Below are positions 21,801 through 31,862 of a stretch of DNA of 64,000 nucleotides, piece by piece. Position numbers and translations under genes: made by a program. Where the stretch lies: contig OZ037835.1 of NCBI GenBank assembly GCA_964035575.1, positions 186,001-250,000 of the forward strand, in the 5' to 3' direction. Numbering within the stretch: the first letter of the stretch is position 1; every line of letters begins with the position of its first letter. The notes beneath the pieces were generated by a model. That model was not told where the DNA came from. It searched no databases and saw nothing but the letters and a program-made list of their open reading frames with translations. Source of the stretch: Rhynchopus sp. YZ270_cl-10. Lineage: Eukaryota.

Positions 21801-21818
21801 CAAGAACGCAAATCGCAT
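18810..21818 (-). CDS. Surface protein, gene 2 (type B anchor): signal peptide, 2 LamG/ConA-like cassettes, ~95-aa Pro/Thr stalk, 7-8 TM domain
   Basis: ORF 18810-21878; start reassigned to MRFAF at 21818 by homology with the four paralogs. TM region nearly identical to gene 5. Confidence 0.9.
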   Translation of the reverse strand: MRFAFLSTLICSAAAVPPQPCADPILLTSFADSSEHDSTRTLTFAGGFRMEADVTVNAVTSWGRVFDFSNGRDQDNVLLGLNQGKWDSHVYHGTTMQAGITDPVASPLGVEMSMVLVYTRTGPTTGSAVLYIDGVERVSGVAALPLMVTRTINLVERSPWLQDAPLDGTVKNFKFYACDATNAPDTDAPPSHAPPPQPCAAPILLTSFADSSEHDSTRTLTFGGGFRMEADVTVNAATSWGRVFDFSNGAEQDNVLLGLNQGKWDAHVYHGATIQAGIADPVASPLGVEMSMVLVFTRTGPTTGSAVLYIDGVERVSGVAALPLMVTRTINLVESSPWAQDTPLDGTVKNFKFYACDATNAPDTDAPPTAPPETSPPATLPPLTTAPTPAPDTATPLTAAPLYAATYIPLATDTPMDTTAPATYTPAALPATDVPETTVPHATVAPDFVATLNDTAPPPLMSIADVKVVDLMGFEDSSATIAVASSAAGFSSGAALRLALVSKGCSRDLSTALHPTGFSLDNSKPVGAVAANIAMLATFIAACFVAVPVVRVVGTCLFPTFFKDRDVVGLLRLPSAPVLVFQYFYQGLTLAGMSLVFHPEKGWHAAVGAAILLVCAVVPVVLHLTITQGVPAYGVYARAEGRQNRALISLLGEGEWVSMQRNPMWVQRYTVIRPYKQGATWFLLIEFVSSFALSAIQSTAPETSEGCGHVKMASGLVFLVLLMLEGLFWPHARSRDAALDILLLGTQLAAMVVMAAGYYTATLDSWLFDVSSKLLTVAFMLLVVKIALDILTEVYVITSGRRGNLQEDVLNKSALLIHPQGRSLAILETTQSDTSDQQSDTRAEMPNASLLSVDIENGLELLSCTTPKEVSLYETPRQVPITPTKRPLPHSRGRGREGFLDSRDSFTPLLAVGLWDSFLADEAGGSATIYGGGSAPTTTGISGRDLEEADVGGGRGRGTLQAPRLSWHHTSRSQRRRSSSCTDRRHGSGLVLANGVPRIEWC

Positions 21819-21865
21819 TTCTGTAGTGTGGTGTAATGTGGTGGGTTGGAGAGGGTGGGGAGGGG
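21819..21865 (-). promoter_or_regulatory. Putative trans-splice acceptor block upstream of gene 2
   Basis: Same C/A-rich tract + CTACAG|AA|ATG as in the other four genes. Confidence 0.5.
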
Positions 21866-21989
21866 CGCGGGGCTGCAAGTATACGTATTATACGTATAAT
21901 ACGTTCCAAGGTACATTACGTTCGGTTGAGGGAGGAAAAAGCTAAATATACGTTAGCTATACGTTGACCTTGTTATACTGTACCACTCC

Positions 21990-22376
21990 TATGGGCCGGG
22001 GTTATCCGGGATAAAGTGCACTTCGAGAACGGCATCTCCAAGTGCCCGGGTCTCACCCTCTCCACAAAAACGGAAGAAGAACACACACAGTGCTTGAGGA
22101 GTTGGGGAGCAGCACCGGCAGCAGAAGAAGGAGAAGACCTCCGCAAAGGGGGCAAAAGAGGTTGCCACCGGGCCTCTTTACGCTCATGTGCTGATAACAA
22201 TGACGGGTGCCCACGAAGCTGACCGCGGGATTGCCTCATGGCTGTTCCACACAGGACAACCCCTGAACACCTTCTCTTCTGAGAGGTTTCAGGAGATAGA
22301 CGCCGTGCGTCGGTTGCCGCCGCAGGCGGAGGTGCCCCATCGGCCAGTGTTGGCAGAGTACAATTTCAAAAAGTAA
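21990..22376 (+). pseudogene. Probable hAT-family transposase N-terminal fragment (frameshifted)
   Basis: IRDKVHFENGISKCP resembles the end of a BED finger. It is followed in another frame by DRGIASWLFHTGQPLNTFSSERFQE, which resembles the hAT IA.FF..G.PFN....F segment. Confidence 0.45.
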
Positions 22377-22803
22377 ATTAAATTTACGTAAAAAGTCCCC
22401 CCTCCTCGTTCAGGAAAACTTAAGAAAATTCTGAAGTAACTACAACCTGGCGTGCGGGTACAGATGCATTGCTTTGTTCTTTCCTCAAAGTCATGTGTGA
22501 TCTCTCGGGTCTGTACTAAAGTCAGTGTTTAGATAAGCATCCACTTGACGTTCTAACAACCGTTGAAATCTAGAACAAAACAATACACTGCCCCTTCTCA
22601 CAAAGCCGCCATGCTTCAAGAGCATGCCCTGGGCAAAAATTACTGTGACAAAAACTAGTTTTCTGGGGGAACGCAATATTTTATTGTGCCCAGTCCTCCG
22701 CAAGCAGAGGACAGACTTTCCGGGTCCCGAAGTCGAATTTCTTGCACTAGCTATGCTCCCTGGGTTAATGGCCATAGCAGTGACTGACTAAGTGTTCCCA
22801 CCC

Positions 22804-25033
22804 TACGTGTACGTGTACGTGTACGTGTGCGTGTACGTGTACGTGTACGTGTACGTGTACGTGTACGTGTACGTGTACGTGTACGTGTACGTGTACGTGT
22901 ACGTGTACGTGTACGTGTACGTGTACGTGTACGTGTACGTGTACGTGTACGTGTACGTGTACGTGTGCGTGTACGTGTACGTGTACGTGTACGTGTGCGT
23001 GTACGTGTACGTGTACGTGTACGTGTACGTGTACGTGTACGTGTACGTGTACGTGTACGTGTACGTGTACGTGTACGTGTACGTGTACGTGTACGTGTAC
23101 GTGTACGTGTACGTGTACGTGTACGTGTACGTGTACGTGTACGTGTACGTGTACGTGTACGTGTACGTGTACGTGTACGTGTACGTGTACGTGTACGTGT
23201 ACGTGTACGTGTACGTGTACGTGTACGTGTACGTGTACGTGTACGTGTACGTGTACGTGTACGTGTACGTGTACGTGTACGTGTACGTGTACGTGTACGT
23301 GTACGTGTACGTGTACGTGTACGTGTACGTGTACGTGTACGTGTACGTGTACGTGTACGTGTACGTGTACGTGTACGTGTACGTGTACGTGTACGTGTAC
23401 GTGTACGTGTACGTGTACGTGTACGTGTACGTGTACGTGTACGTGTACGTGTACGTGTACGTGTACGTGTACGTGTACGTGTACGTGTACGTGTACGTGT
23501 ACGTGTACGTGTACGTGTACGTGTACGTGTACGTGTACGTGTACGTGTACGTGTACGTGTACGTGTACGTGTACGTGTACGTGTACGTGTACGTGTACGT
23601 GTGCGTGTACGTGTACGTGTACGTGTACGTGTACGTGTGCGTGTACGTGTACGTGTACGTGTACGTGTACGTGTACGTGTACGTGTACGTGTACGTGTAC
23701 GTGTACGTGTACGTGTACGTGTACGTGTACGTGTACGTGTACGTGTACGTGTACGTGTACGTGTACGTGTACGTGTGCGTGTACGTGTACGTGTACGTGT
23801 ACGTGTACGTGTACGTGTACGTGTACGTGTACGTGTGCGTGTACGTGTACGTGTACGTGTACGTGTACGTGTACGTGTACGTGTACGTGTACGTGTGCGT
23901 GTACGTGTACGTGTACGTGTACGTGTACGTGTACGTGTACGTGTACGTGTACGTGTACGTGTACGTGTGCGTGTACGTGTACGTGTACGTGTACGTGTAC
24001 GTGTACGTGTACGTGTGCGTGTACGTGTACGTGTACGTGTACGTGTGCGTGTACGTGTACGTGTACGTGTACGTGTACGTGTACGTGTACGTGTACGTGT
24101 ACGTGTACGTGTACGTGTACGTGTACGTGTACGTGTACGTGTACGTGTACGTGTACGTGTACGTGTACGTGTACGTGTACGTGTACGTGTACGTGTACGT
24201 GTACGTGTACGTGTACGTGTACGTGTACGTGTACGTGTACGTGTACGTGTACGTGTACGTGTACGTGTACGTGTACGTGTACGTGTACGTGTACGTGTAC
24301 GTGTACGTGTACGTGTACGTGTACGTGTACGTGTACGTGTACGTGTACGTGTACGTGTACGTGTACGTGTACGTGTACGTGTACGTGTACGTGTACGTGT
24401 ACGTGTGCGTGTACGTGTACGTGTACGTGTACGTGTACGTGTACGTGTACGTGTACGTGTACGTGTACGTGTACGTGTACGTGTACGTGTACGTGTACGT
24501 GTACGTGTACGTGTACGTGTACGTGTACGTGTGCGTGTACGTGTACGTGTACGTGTACGTGTACGTGTACGTGTACGTGTACGTGTACGTGTACGTGTAC
24601 GTGTACGTGTACGTGTACGTGTACGTGTACGTGTACGTGTACGTGTACGTGTACGTGTACGTGTACGTGTACGTGTACGTGTACGTGTACGTGTACGTGT
24701 ACGTGTACGTGTACGTGTACGTGTACGTGTACGTGTACGTGTACGTGTACGTGTACGTGTACGTGTACGTGTGCGTGTACGTGTACGTGTACGTGTACGT
24801 GTACGTGTACGTGTACGTGTACGTGTACGTGTACGTGTACGTGTACGTGTACGTGTACGTGTACGTGTACGTGTACGTGTACGTGTACGTGTACGTGTAC
24901 GTGTACGTGTACGTGTACGTGTACGTGTACGTGTACGTGTACGTGTGCGTGTACGTGTACGTGTACGTGTACGTGTACGTGTACGTGTACGTGTACGTGT
25001 ACGTGTACGTGTACGTGTACGTGTACGTGTACG
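22804..25033. repeat. (GTGTAC)n hexanucleotide satellite, ~2.2 kb, with occasional GTGTGC variants
   Basis: Directly visible; about 370 units by length. Confidence 0.98.
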
Positions 25034-26904
25034 CATACTGTGTACCTCGTTTTAGACCCCCACAGATGCTCAAAAGTGCCAAATTTTGCTTTGAATGGAC
25101 TCAAATCGTCGAAATTAGCCCTTTTTGGGGCCCAAAAAAAATCGAGCGCGACCGTAAACTCCCCTGTTTTTCCCCCACCCCTGCAAACAATAAAGGGAAG
25201 GCTCGTTTTTCCATTATTTAAGAAATGAAAACAATAAAGACAAAAGGGTGAGGTTGTGGTGAAACGTGAAAACATGAAGAATGGGGATAAACGAAAATGG
25301 GTACTAGGAAATTGTTTACCACCGAATTTACCCTAAAAACAATAAAGACAAAAGGGAGAGGTTGTGGTGAAACGCACACATCTCGACCTGTCGGTGAAGT
25401 GTGGCTCTACTCCAACCCACCCCAGAATAGAAAATAGAAAAAGGAAGGGAGTAGGGGTACGGTGTTCAAGTTCCTTTTAGCATCGCATGTAATCATTTTA
25501 AAAAAACCGGCAGAGGGATTCATCGCAAAATACCACATTTTGGGTTGTCTTTGGTGGCTTGTGAAGGAGGAGGCTACCCAAAAACTGTGGTCAAGCGAAT
25601 TCATTTTTCTGCCAAGAAAGTTGCTAAGAAAGTTGAGAGATGAATGTGCCTTGCGTGCATAAACATCTAAAAAAAGTTCACTGGGGGGATCCACATAGAT
25701 AAAGAAAACAAAAACACGAAAGCAAGAAAATAATACCAATAAAAAGTAAAACAAGAAGACAAAAGAAAGAGCATTCTATACAAGATACGTCTAAAAGTAA
25801 TAGGGGAATAATTACACACAAAGAACGGTTGCCAAGCAACCTAGTTCCCCAAAACCCCGGTTCCCCCGTGGTTCCCCACGGGTTCCCCCTTAGACCAGGT
25901 GACCGCACGATGAGAACAAATTGCTTTTTGTGAGATGATCGACACCTTACTTAGGTAAGTCGTCTTGAAGGCATCCCAAGAAGTAATAATAACTGTTACA
26001 TTGGTGTGGCCCACCTAAATCAGCAGGGTGTTGGGTCCGTTGGGGGGTGTTGGGAGGTGAGACACTTTTTCCCCCCCCCTGGCGTGAGCTTTTTTCTCGT
26101 TGGTGAAGCTTTTAAACACCTGCATTTGCATTTCCGGAATCCGTCCGCGCTGTGGTGGGGTAATTTTCCAAAATGGACAAGTTCTGAGAAATGCACACAT
26201 GTCTTATAACAATAAAAACCCCGTTCGTATTTGGTTTAGTTGGTACGCTACCCGCGTCATACGCACTATCAGTCAGGGGGTTTTTATGGTTTTTTTCTTC
26301 AAAACGCCACAAATGGATGTCAAAAAGGAAAAATTATTACGCATCCACTTGTGAAACACTCCGTTTGGATAAAGAAAACAAAGACAAAAAAGGGGGTTTG
26401 GGGGGAAGAGTTTAATTCTTGAACGCATCCCCACACTCAGGTACACATTTTATTTTTTGTATCACCAAACGCTGCTCACAATGTTGAACGAAAGAATTTT
26501 GACAATTTGTCCTGATAGAAAAAAATGTTTTTGAAGCAAGAATAGAACCAGTATCACTGAAACACCAGTAACACGGGTACGTTAAAAAAAAAAAGTACTT
26601 TCCCCCTAACAAAGTACCCTACTGTAGTCAAAAAGTACTTTCTCCTAACCTTCACCATAATTATTTTTTGGGGAGTTTTATTTCCCAACCCAACAACAAT
26701 GATAAAGCGTGAGGACAATAAATAAAATCAAATGGAGTGTCAACAAACAAGTGTGCAAGAAAAAAAAGCGAACAACTGCGTCGGTTTTCTTTTGGTTAAG
26801 AAAAACCCACTCAGAAATTATTACGCGTCCACTCGACGTTTGGATAAAGAACCTAGAGATGAAAGGGGGTTTGGGGGGAAGAGTTTAATTCTTGAACGCA
26901 TACA

Positions 26905-27520
26905 GGGGTGGCATCAAAACAAAAAACGCGGACAATGTCCGCGCATATATTATAACATGTTATATGACATGCTAAACATGTTATGTTTAACGTTTTTGGT
27001 ACTCAACCACGCGAGAAAACCTGACTTCCACCGTTGGTGGGTTTTTGTAGGATTGCCGCAACTAGAGGACATCCAACAAACTACCTTCGCAAAGAGGCAT
27101 TCCGTTTTGGGTTAGAGTTTTTCCGAATTGGTGGACCACGCTGAGCTGTGGTCATTGTTTGTCGGGATGGGAGGGAATGGGCAGCGTAGCGCGTTCTGCG
27201 ACACTCCTCTCGATGACCGATCCAGCTTAGCTTCGGAGGGAAGGGGGGTATTTTTTATATTCAATCAAACTGTAACCCAACCCCACACCCCACACCCATC
27301 CATTTTTATTCTCTATATTCGCGTGGTTGAGTACCAAAAACGTTAAACATAACATGCTCAAGCATGTTATGTTTAAAGCATGTCATGAAGCATGTCATAT
27401 AACATGTTATATGACCAAAAACCCTAGTAACATCATCACCGTGGATCCGCGTTTTGGGGGGGGTCTGAAATTCCCCAAAAACGCGGACATTGTCCACGTT
27501 TTTTGTTTTGATGCCACCCC
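26905..27520. mobile_element. Foldback/MITE with ~40-bp TIRs and subterminal inverted repeats
   Basis: GGGGTGGCATCAAAACAAAAAACGCGGACAATGTCCGCG at the left end and its reverse complement (1 mismatch) ending at 27520. Inner inverted pairs ~26951-27014 versus 27319-27411. Flanked by ACA on both sides. Confidence 0.8.
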
Positions 27521-27805
27521 ACACTCAGTCATTTTTATTTTATTTTTTTGAAAAACACCAAACGCTGCTCACAATAATGAATTTTCTTTCCTTACTTCAA
27601 AAACTCTCTCTTTTTTGATTGATTTGGTTTTGGTTGAGACACCAAAAGGTGTCGGTTCTGTGGAATCACTGAACCACCCATATCCTGTATGTTGATTGTT
27701 CTTTCCCTGCGTTGACTGCAGGAAAGTTCGCGTCGCCAGAAAACGCACAGCATCCAGCGGATCCAACGAGGTTGGCAGGATTTTTGAAAAAAGATGAACA
27801 AAAAA

Positions 27806-30800
27806 CCTATTCTTCGCATCCTATTCTTCGCATGTACAACGAAACCGACAACCCTGAACCAGACTTTGGTCCGTTCATGGCACGATTCGGCGACCATGTT
27901 ACGAGCCATCCCATGGAGCTGGGCGACGTCACTGGTGATGAGCTGCGAGCAGTGCTTATGCAGAAGAAGAAGTCATCTGGCGCCTGTGGCATTGATGGGT
28001 GGAGAATTGACGAGCTTCAACGGCTCCCAGTTCCGCTCCTGCAACTCTTTGCGGAATTGTTCAACCTCATTGAGCGCACGAGCTGCTGGCCTCAAGGCCT
28101 CCTCACAGCCTTGGTGACGCTGATTCCCAAAGGCGACTCTGGTGCCCCGCTCGACCTTCGTCCTATTACGGTAACGAGCGCCGTGTACAGACTGTGGGCA
28201 TGTCGCCGGCTTAAGGACATAGTTCGTTGGCAAGACGGCTGGCTCCTCCCTTCGCAACGCGGTTTCCGCACCGGAGGTAGTACCGATGACGTGCTGCTTG
28301 ACATCACGTCAGCCCTTGAAGAAACCCTACTAAATGACGAACTAGAGTTATATTTGGTGGCGCTCGATTTCCAGAAGTGCTTCGACAGAGTCCCGCAGAA
28401 GCTGGTTCTTGCTCTGGCTAAGTCCATGGGAATGCACGCACGCATTCTTGATCCGCTTACTTCGATGTACTGCCACCTCCGCCGGCGTTTCAAGCTCCCC
28501 AATGGTGTTGGACAGGAATTCATGGTAACAAACGGCATCCTCCAAGGTTGCCCAATATCGGCCATGCTCATCAACGCGCTGCTAGCAGTGGTTCTGTCCG
28601 TGATTTTGAGCGAGGTCAGCGGCACATCGTCTTCATCATACGCGGACGACGTCACCATCATGTCAGATACCTCTGAGACGCACATCCAGGAAGCGGTTAC
28701 AATTCTTACGGAATTTTGCCATCTTACAGGAATGCGACTCCACCCATCCAAGACGGTAGTTATGGGAATAGTGCAAGGAACTCTGAAGCACCGGGCTAAA
28801 AACCCTTATGTGGGAACCGTACTTTTGGACGGTTCTAAACTGAACACGGTTAGTTCACAGGTGTTTGTCGGGACCCCGGTAGGAACGCTGTATAACTCTA
28901 ACTGCAGAAGCAACAAGACGCGTATGGAGTCCATTGTGCCAGCATGCGACAAACTATCCACTTCGCCCCTTCCACATGCGCACCGTGCGTCACTCGCCAG
29001 TGTTGCGCTAGTGCCTAAAGCGGTCTACGGATGCCCTTACACCACTACCTCCGCCGCATCGACCAACTCCTTGTGTACCAGTCTCACAAATGGTGTGTTC
29101 GGGAAGAAACACAAAACACGCAACCCCATTGCCGTTTTATCGATTGCGAACAAAGGACATCTGCTCGACCCTGTTACCGTTATCAGATACTCCAGCTTGA
29201 GAAACTTGTTTGCCGGTGCGGTGAAACTCCCATACCTAGTCCCGCGCCTTAACCGGATCCTCGAATTACGACAAAAAGAATCGAGAGTCCCTCTAGATAC
29301 CGGACCCATTGGCCTTGCGATGGAGCGTGCGGGTGAGAGCTTCCGCTGGGGCACAGTACTAGCGGAGTCGCGCACCGCTGGGCATGACGAATGCCTCTTA
29401 TCACTAAATACGATGAAACGCAACCACGAACTACGTGTGCATGTACGATGCAAACGTTGGGTAGAACTGGCCATTGCACGTCCCTCCTACGAAGGTATTG
29501 AAAATGGTATTGACACCAAAAGAACCAACGCGACCCGACTCGCAAAGGGAAACACCGACCTATCCAATGCGTTGACGGCAGTCATCTCAGGTGGTGTGTA
29601 CAGGGCGAACCAGCGTCCGATGATCCTTGCACCCACCGCCAACGACAGTGACGCCTGCGACGATGAGTCCGACGCCAGTGACGGTACCACAGACAGCTCG
29701 GAGGCTGACAGCAGCTCCGATTACGACTGCGACTCCTCGGACGACAAGGCCGTAGGTACTCTTGCTTGCTCCAGCCACTGCCCCCACTGCGAAGCACAGG
29801 AAGAAGACACCAACGAACACATTTTCTGGAGGTGCACAGCTTTCAACGAGATCCGAAGCGATGCAAGGTTTATCGCGATTACCTCTGCTGACCGTACATC
29901 ATGGAAACCGTGCCTTGTGAACTGGGGTGTTGTCCCCCTCAACTGCAATGTCGATGTGTCTGCGCTCCACACGCTAATGGGGAGCATCATCTTAGAGCGT
30001 TGGCGGCTTAATCGTGTTAAGTTTCTCAAGGAAGCTGCGCGTCTCCCCTGGGACAAGGCCGCTGTCACACCAACGATCCCGATCACCTTTGACTGGAGCA
30101 TATTACCTTCTACACCACCCTCCTCTTGGAAGTATGGCCTTGTGCGACATACTGCGTTCTTGGAATGGTTGAAGTCTTTGGAGTTTGTGGACGACAACAA
30201 GAGCTCCATCAGCAACATTGAACTTGGTATCGACTTCGAGGTCTTCTCTGGCCTCCTCCTACAGCACGAGCGAGCACCTGATAACACGGGGTGGTCTGCA
30301 CGAGAACGCGGAAAAGCTATGGGCAAATGGCTTCGTTGGTTCCAGAAGCACTGCACGAACCTCAAGATTGCGTGCCCACTGCCCGGTAACAGTGTCACAA
30401 AAGTGCACAGCCTACGTCCCATTGGTGCACCCCAGGTAGCGGGTGGGCACTCGCCGCGTGCCCGTCTAGGTGTCGATAGCATCGCTGTTATCAGGTCACA
30501 GCTGTCAAGGTCCGTCCGATGGCTCGCTGACGCGGCATGGGGAACTGCACCACTCGATGCCTACGGCCCTAGCATATCAGCTAGAGCATCTAGGTGGTCT
30601 TCACCTCCAACCTCCTCTGCTGGCACATCGGAGGGTGACATGATCGACGACGTACTCGCAGCGGGAGATCGGCCCGCGAATGACGTGCCGCCTGCTGAGG
30701 GTGACCCTGAGCCCAACCGTATTTTAAAACTAAAGCGTTCTGTTTCTCCCCCCTCCCGTAAACAGAATCCATCAACACGTTCTTCAAAAAGAAAACGCTC

Positions 30801-31043
30801 GTCTTCCCCCAGAGCATGCGACAAAACTGCCAAAAAACGGAAGAAATCCGTCATCAATGCCCCCCCCTCCGCCCCGCCACCCCCATCTGATGATGGCCCG
30901 GTGGGTAGTAGTATCAGCGACATCAGTGTGACATCTGCCACACAAGAGAGATCATCGCGCTCGTCTGCGGTGACATAAAAATGTTTAGTATAGTGGAGCA
31001 CACTCTAGGGTGGCTACACTAATACAACCAAGTTTTCAAAAAA
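27806..31043 (+). mobile_element. 5'-truncated non-LTR retrotransposon (LINE), copy 2 (diverged subfamily)
   Basis: RT motifs GIDGW, LIPK, LRPITV, QRGFR, LDFQKCFD, GILQGCP and YADD; CPHC...HIFWRC finger; same 3' end as copy 1 (CTACACTAATACAACCAAGTTTTC-A6). Confidence 0.9.
27820..30978 (+). CDS. Complete RT domain + zinc finger + C-terminal domain; N-terminal (endonuclease) part missing
   Basis: Uninterrupted frame from PILRMY to ATQERSSRSSAVT*; the upstream ~36 codons of the ORF-track call are probably flanking DNA. Confidence 0.8.
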   Translation, partial: PILRMYNETDNPEPDFGPFMARFGDHVTSHPMELGDVTGDELRAVLMQKKKSSGACGIDGWRIDELQRLPVPLLQLFAELFNLIERTSCWPQGLLTALVTLIPKGDSGAPLDLRPITVTSAVYRLWACRRLKDIVRWQDGWLLPSQRGFRTGGSTDDVLLDITSALEETLLNDELELYLVALDFQKCFDRVPQKLVLALAKSMGMHARILDPLTSMYCHLRRRFKLPNGVGQEFMVTNGILQGCPISAMLINALLAVVLSVILSEVSGTSSSSYADDVTIMSDTSETHIQEAVTILTEFCHLTGMRLHPSKTVVMGIVQGTLKHRAKNPYVGTVLLDGSKLNTVSSQVFVGTPVGTLYNSNCRSNKTRMESIVPACDKLSTSPLPHAHRASLASVALVPKAVYGCPYTTTSAASTNSLCTSLTNGVFGKKHKTRNPIAVLSIANKGHLLDPVTVIRYSSLRNLFAGAVKLPYLVPRLNRILELRQKESRVPLDTGPIGLAMERAGESFRWGTVLAESRTAGHDECLLSLNTMKRNHELRVHVRCKRWVELAIARPSYEGIENGIDTKRTNATRLAKGNTDLSNALTAVISGGVYRANQRPMILAPTANDSDACDDESDASDGTTDSSEADSSSDYDCDSSDDKAVGTLACSSHCPHCEAQEEDTNEHIFWRCTAFNEIRSDARFIAITSADRTSWKPCLVNWGVVPLNCNVDVSALHTLMGSIILERWRLNRVKFLKEAARLPWDKAAVTPTIPITFDWSILPSTPPSSWKYGLVRHTAFLEWLKSLEFVDDNKSSISNIELGIDFEVFSGLLLQHERAPDNTGWSARERGKAMGKWLRWFQKHCTNLKIACPLPGNSVTKVHSLRPIGAPQVAGGHSPRARLGVDSIAVIRSQLSRSVRWLADAAWGTAPLDAYGPSISARASRWSSPPTSSAGTSEGDMIDDVLAAGDRPANDVPPAEGDPEPNRILKLKRSVSPPSRKQNPSTRSSKRKRSSSPRACDKTAKKRKKSVINAPPSAPPPPSDDGPVGSSISDISVTSATQERSSRSSAVT

Positions 31044-31276
31044 CAGAGAGTAGACAGAAAAAGACGTTTGTGTGAAAAGGTTTTTTCTGTCAAGTGTTTT
31101 TGTGTGTTGGCGGAGAAGAAAACAGTTTACAATAAAAGACTCCTGCGTCGGTTTTCTTATTGTTAAAAAAATTGACAATTTTCCTGATGAAGATGTAATG
31201 TATGTGCGAGAGATGGGGAGCACGGGAGGGAAAAAACGACTCGTGGATACTGAAAAATTTCACTAGAAATGCACAT

Positions 31277-31573
31277 CAGGCACTCCGCTAGGTACTAAAG
31301 TTCTGTTGATTGTCAACAGAACTTTTTGAAAATGGGGAAAAAAAAAAAAAAAAAAAAGTTCTGCTGAGTGGTTCAGACCCGTTCTACCTGTCAAAAAAGC
31401 TCAGGAGAAGAAGATATGGAGAGGTGAGTGCTCAAACGTCCCAAAAAAGTCAAAATCGGGCGTTGGTAAAAAAAAAAGTTGCGTACCGTGCGCCTGCGGC
31501 GCAAGCATGTACCCCACCAACGTGGACCATCAACAGAATATTTTCAAAATCGGGAATCCTAGCGGAGAGCCTG
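31277..31573. mobile_element. hAT-type MITE (297 bp) with 8-bp TSD ATGCACAT
   Basis: TIRs CAGGCACTCCGCTAGG / CCTAGCGGAGAGCCTG; ATGCACAT at 31269-31276 and 31574-31581. Confidence 0.9.
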
Positions 31574-31674
31574 ATGCACATACTTGTAAAAAAAAATTAT
31601 TTTGATAGTCCGACCCCGCAATTAATGGGGGGGTGGGAAAGAAAGTTCTAAATAAAGAATTAATGGCCAACGGC

Positions 31675-31862
31675 CACATGAGCACGCACACATGAGCACG
31701 CACACATGGGCACGCACACATGGGCACGCACACATGGGCACGCACACATGAGCACGCACACATGGGCACGCACACATGAGCACGCACACATGAGCACGCA
31801 CACATGGGCACGCACACATGAGCACGCACACATGGGCACGCACACATGGGCACGCACACATG
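31675..31862. repeat. 14-bp minisatellite CACATG(A/G)GCACGCA, ~13 units
   Basis: Directly visible. Confidence 0.95.

Noticed and set aside
22804..25033. Interstitial telomeric repeat
   Set aside because: GTGTAC lacks G-runs and does not resemble TTAGGG-type repeats.
22751..25275. RT/HV/YV/TY dipeptide ORFs
   Set aside because: Translations of the hexamer satellite.
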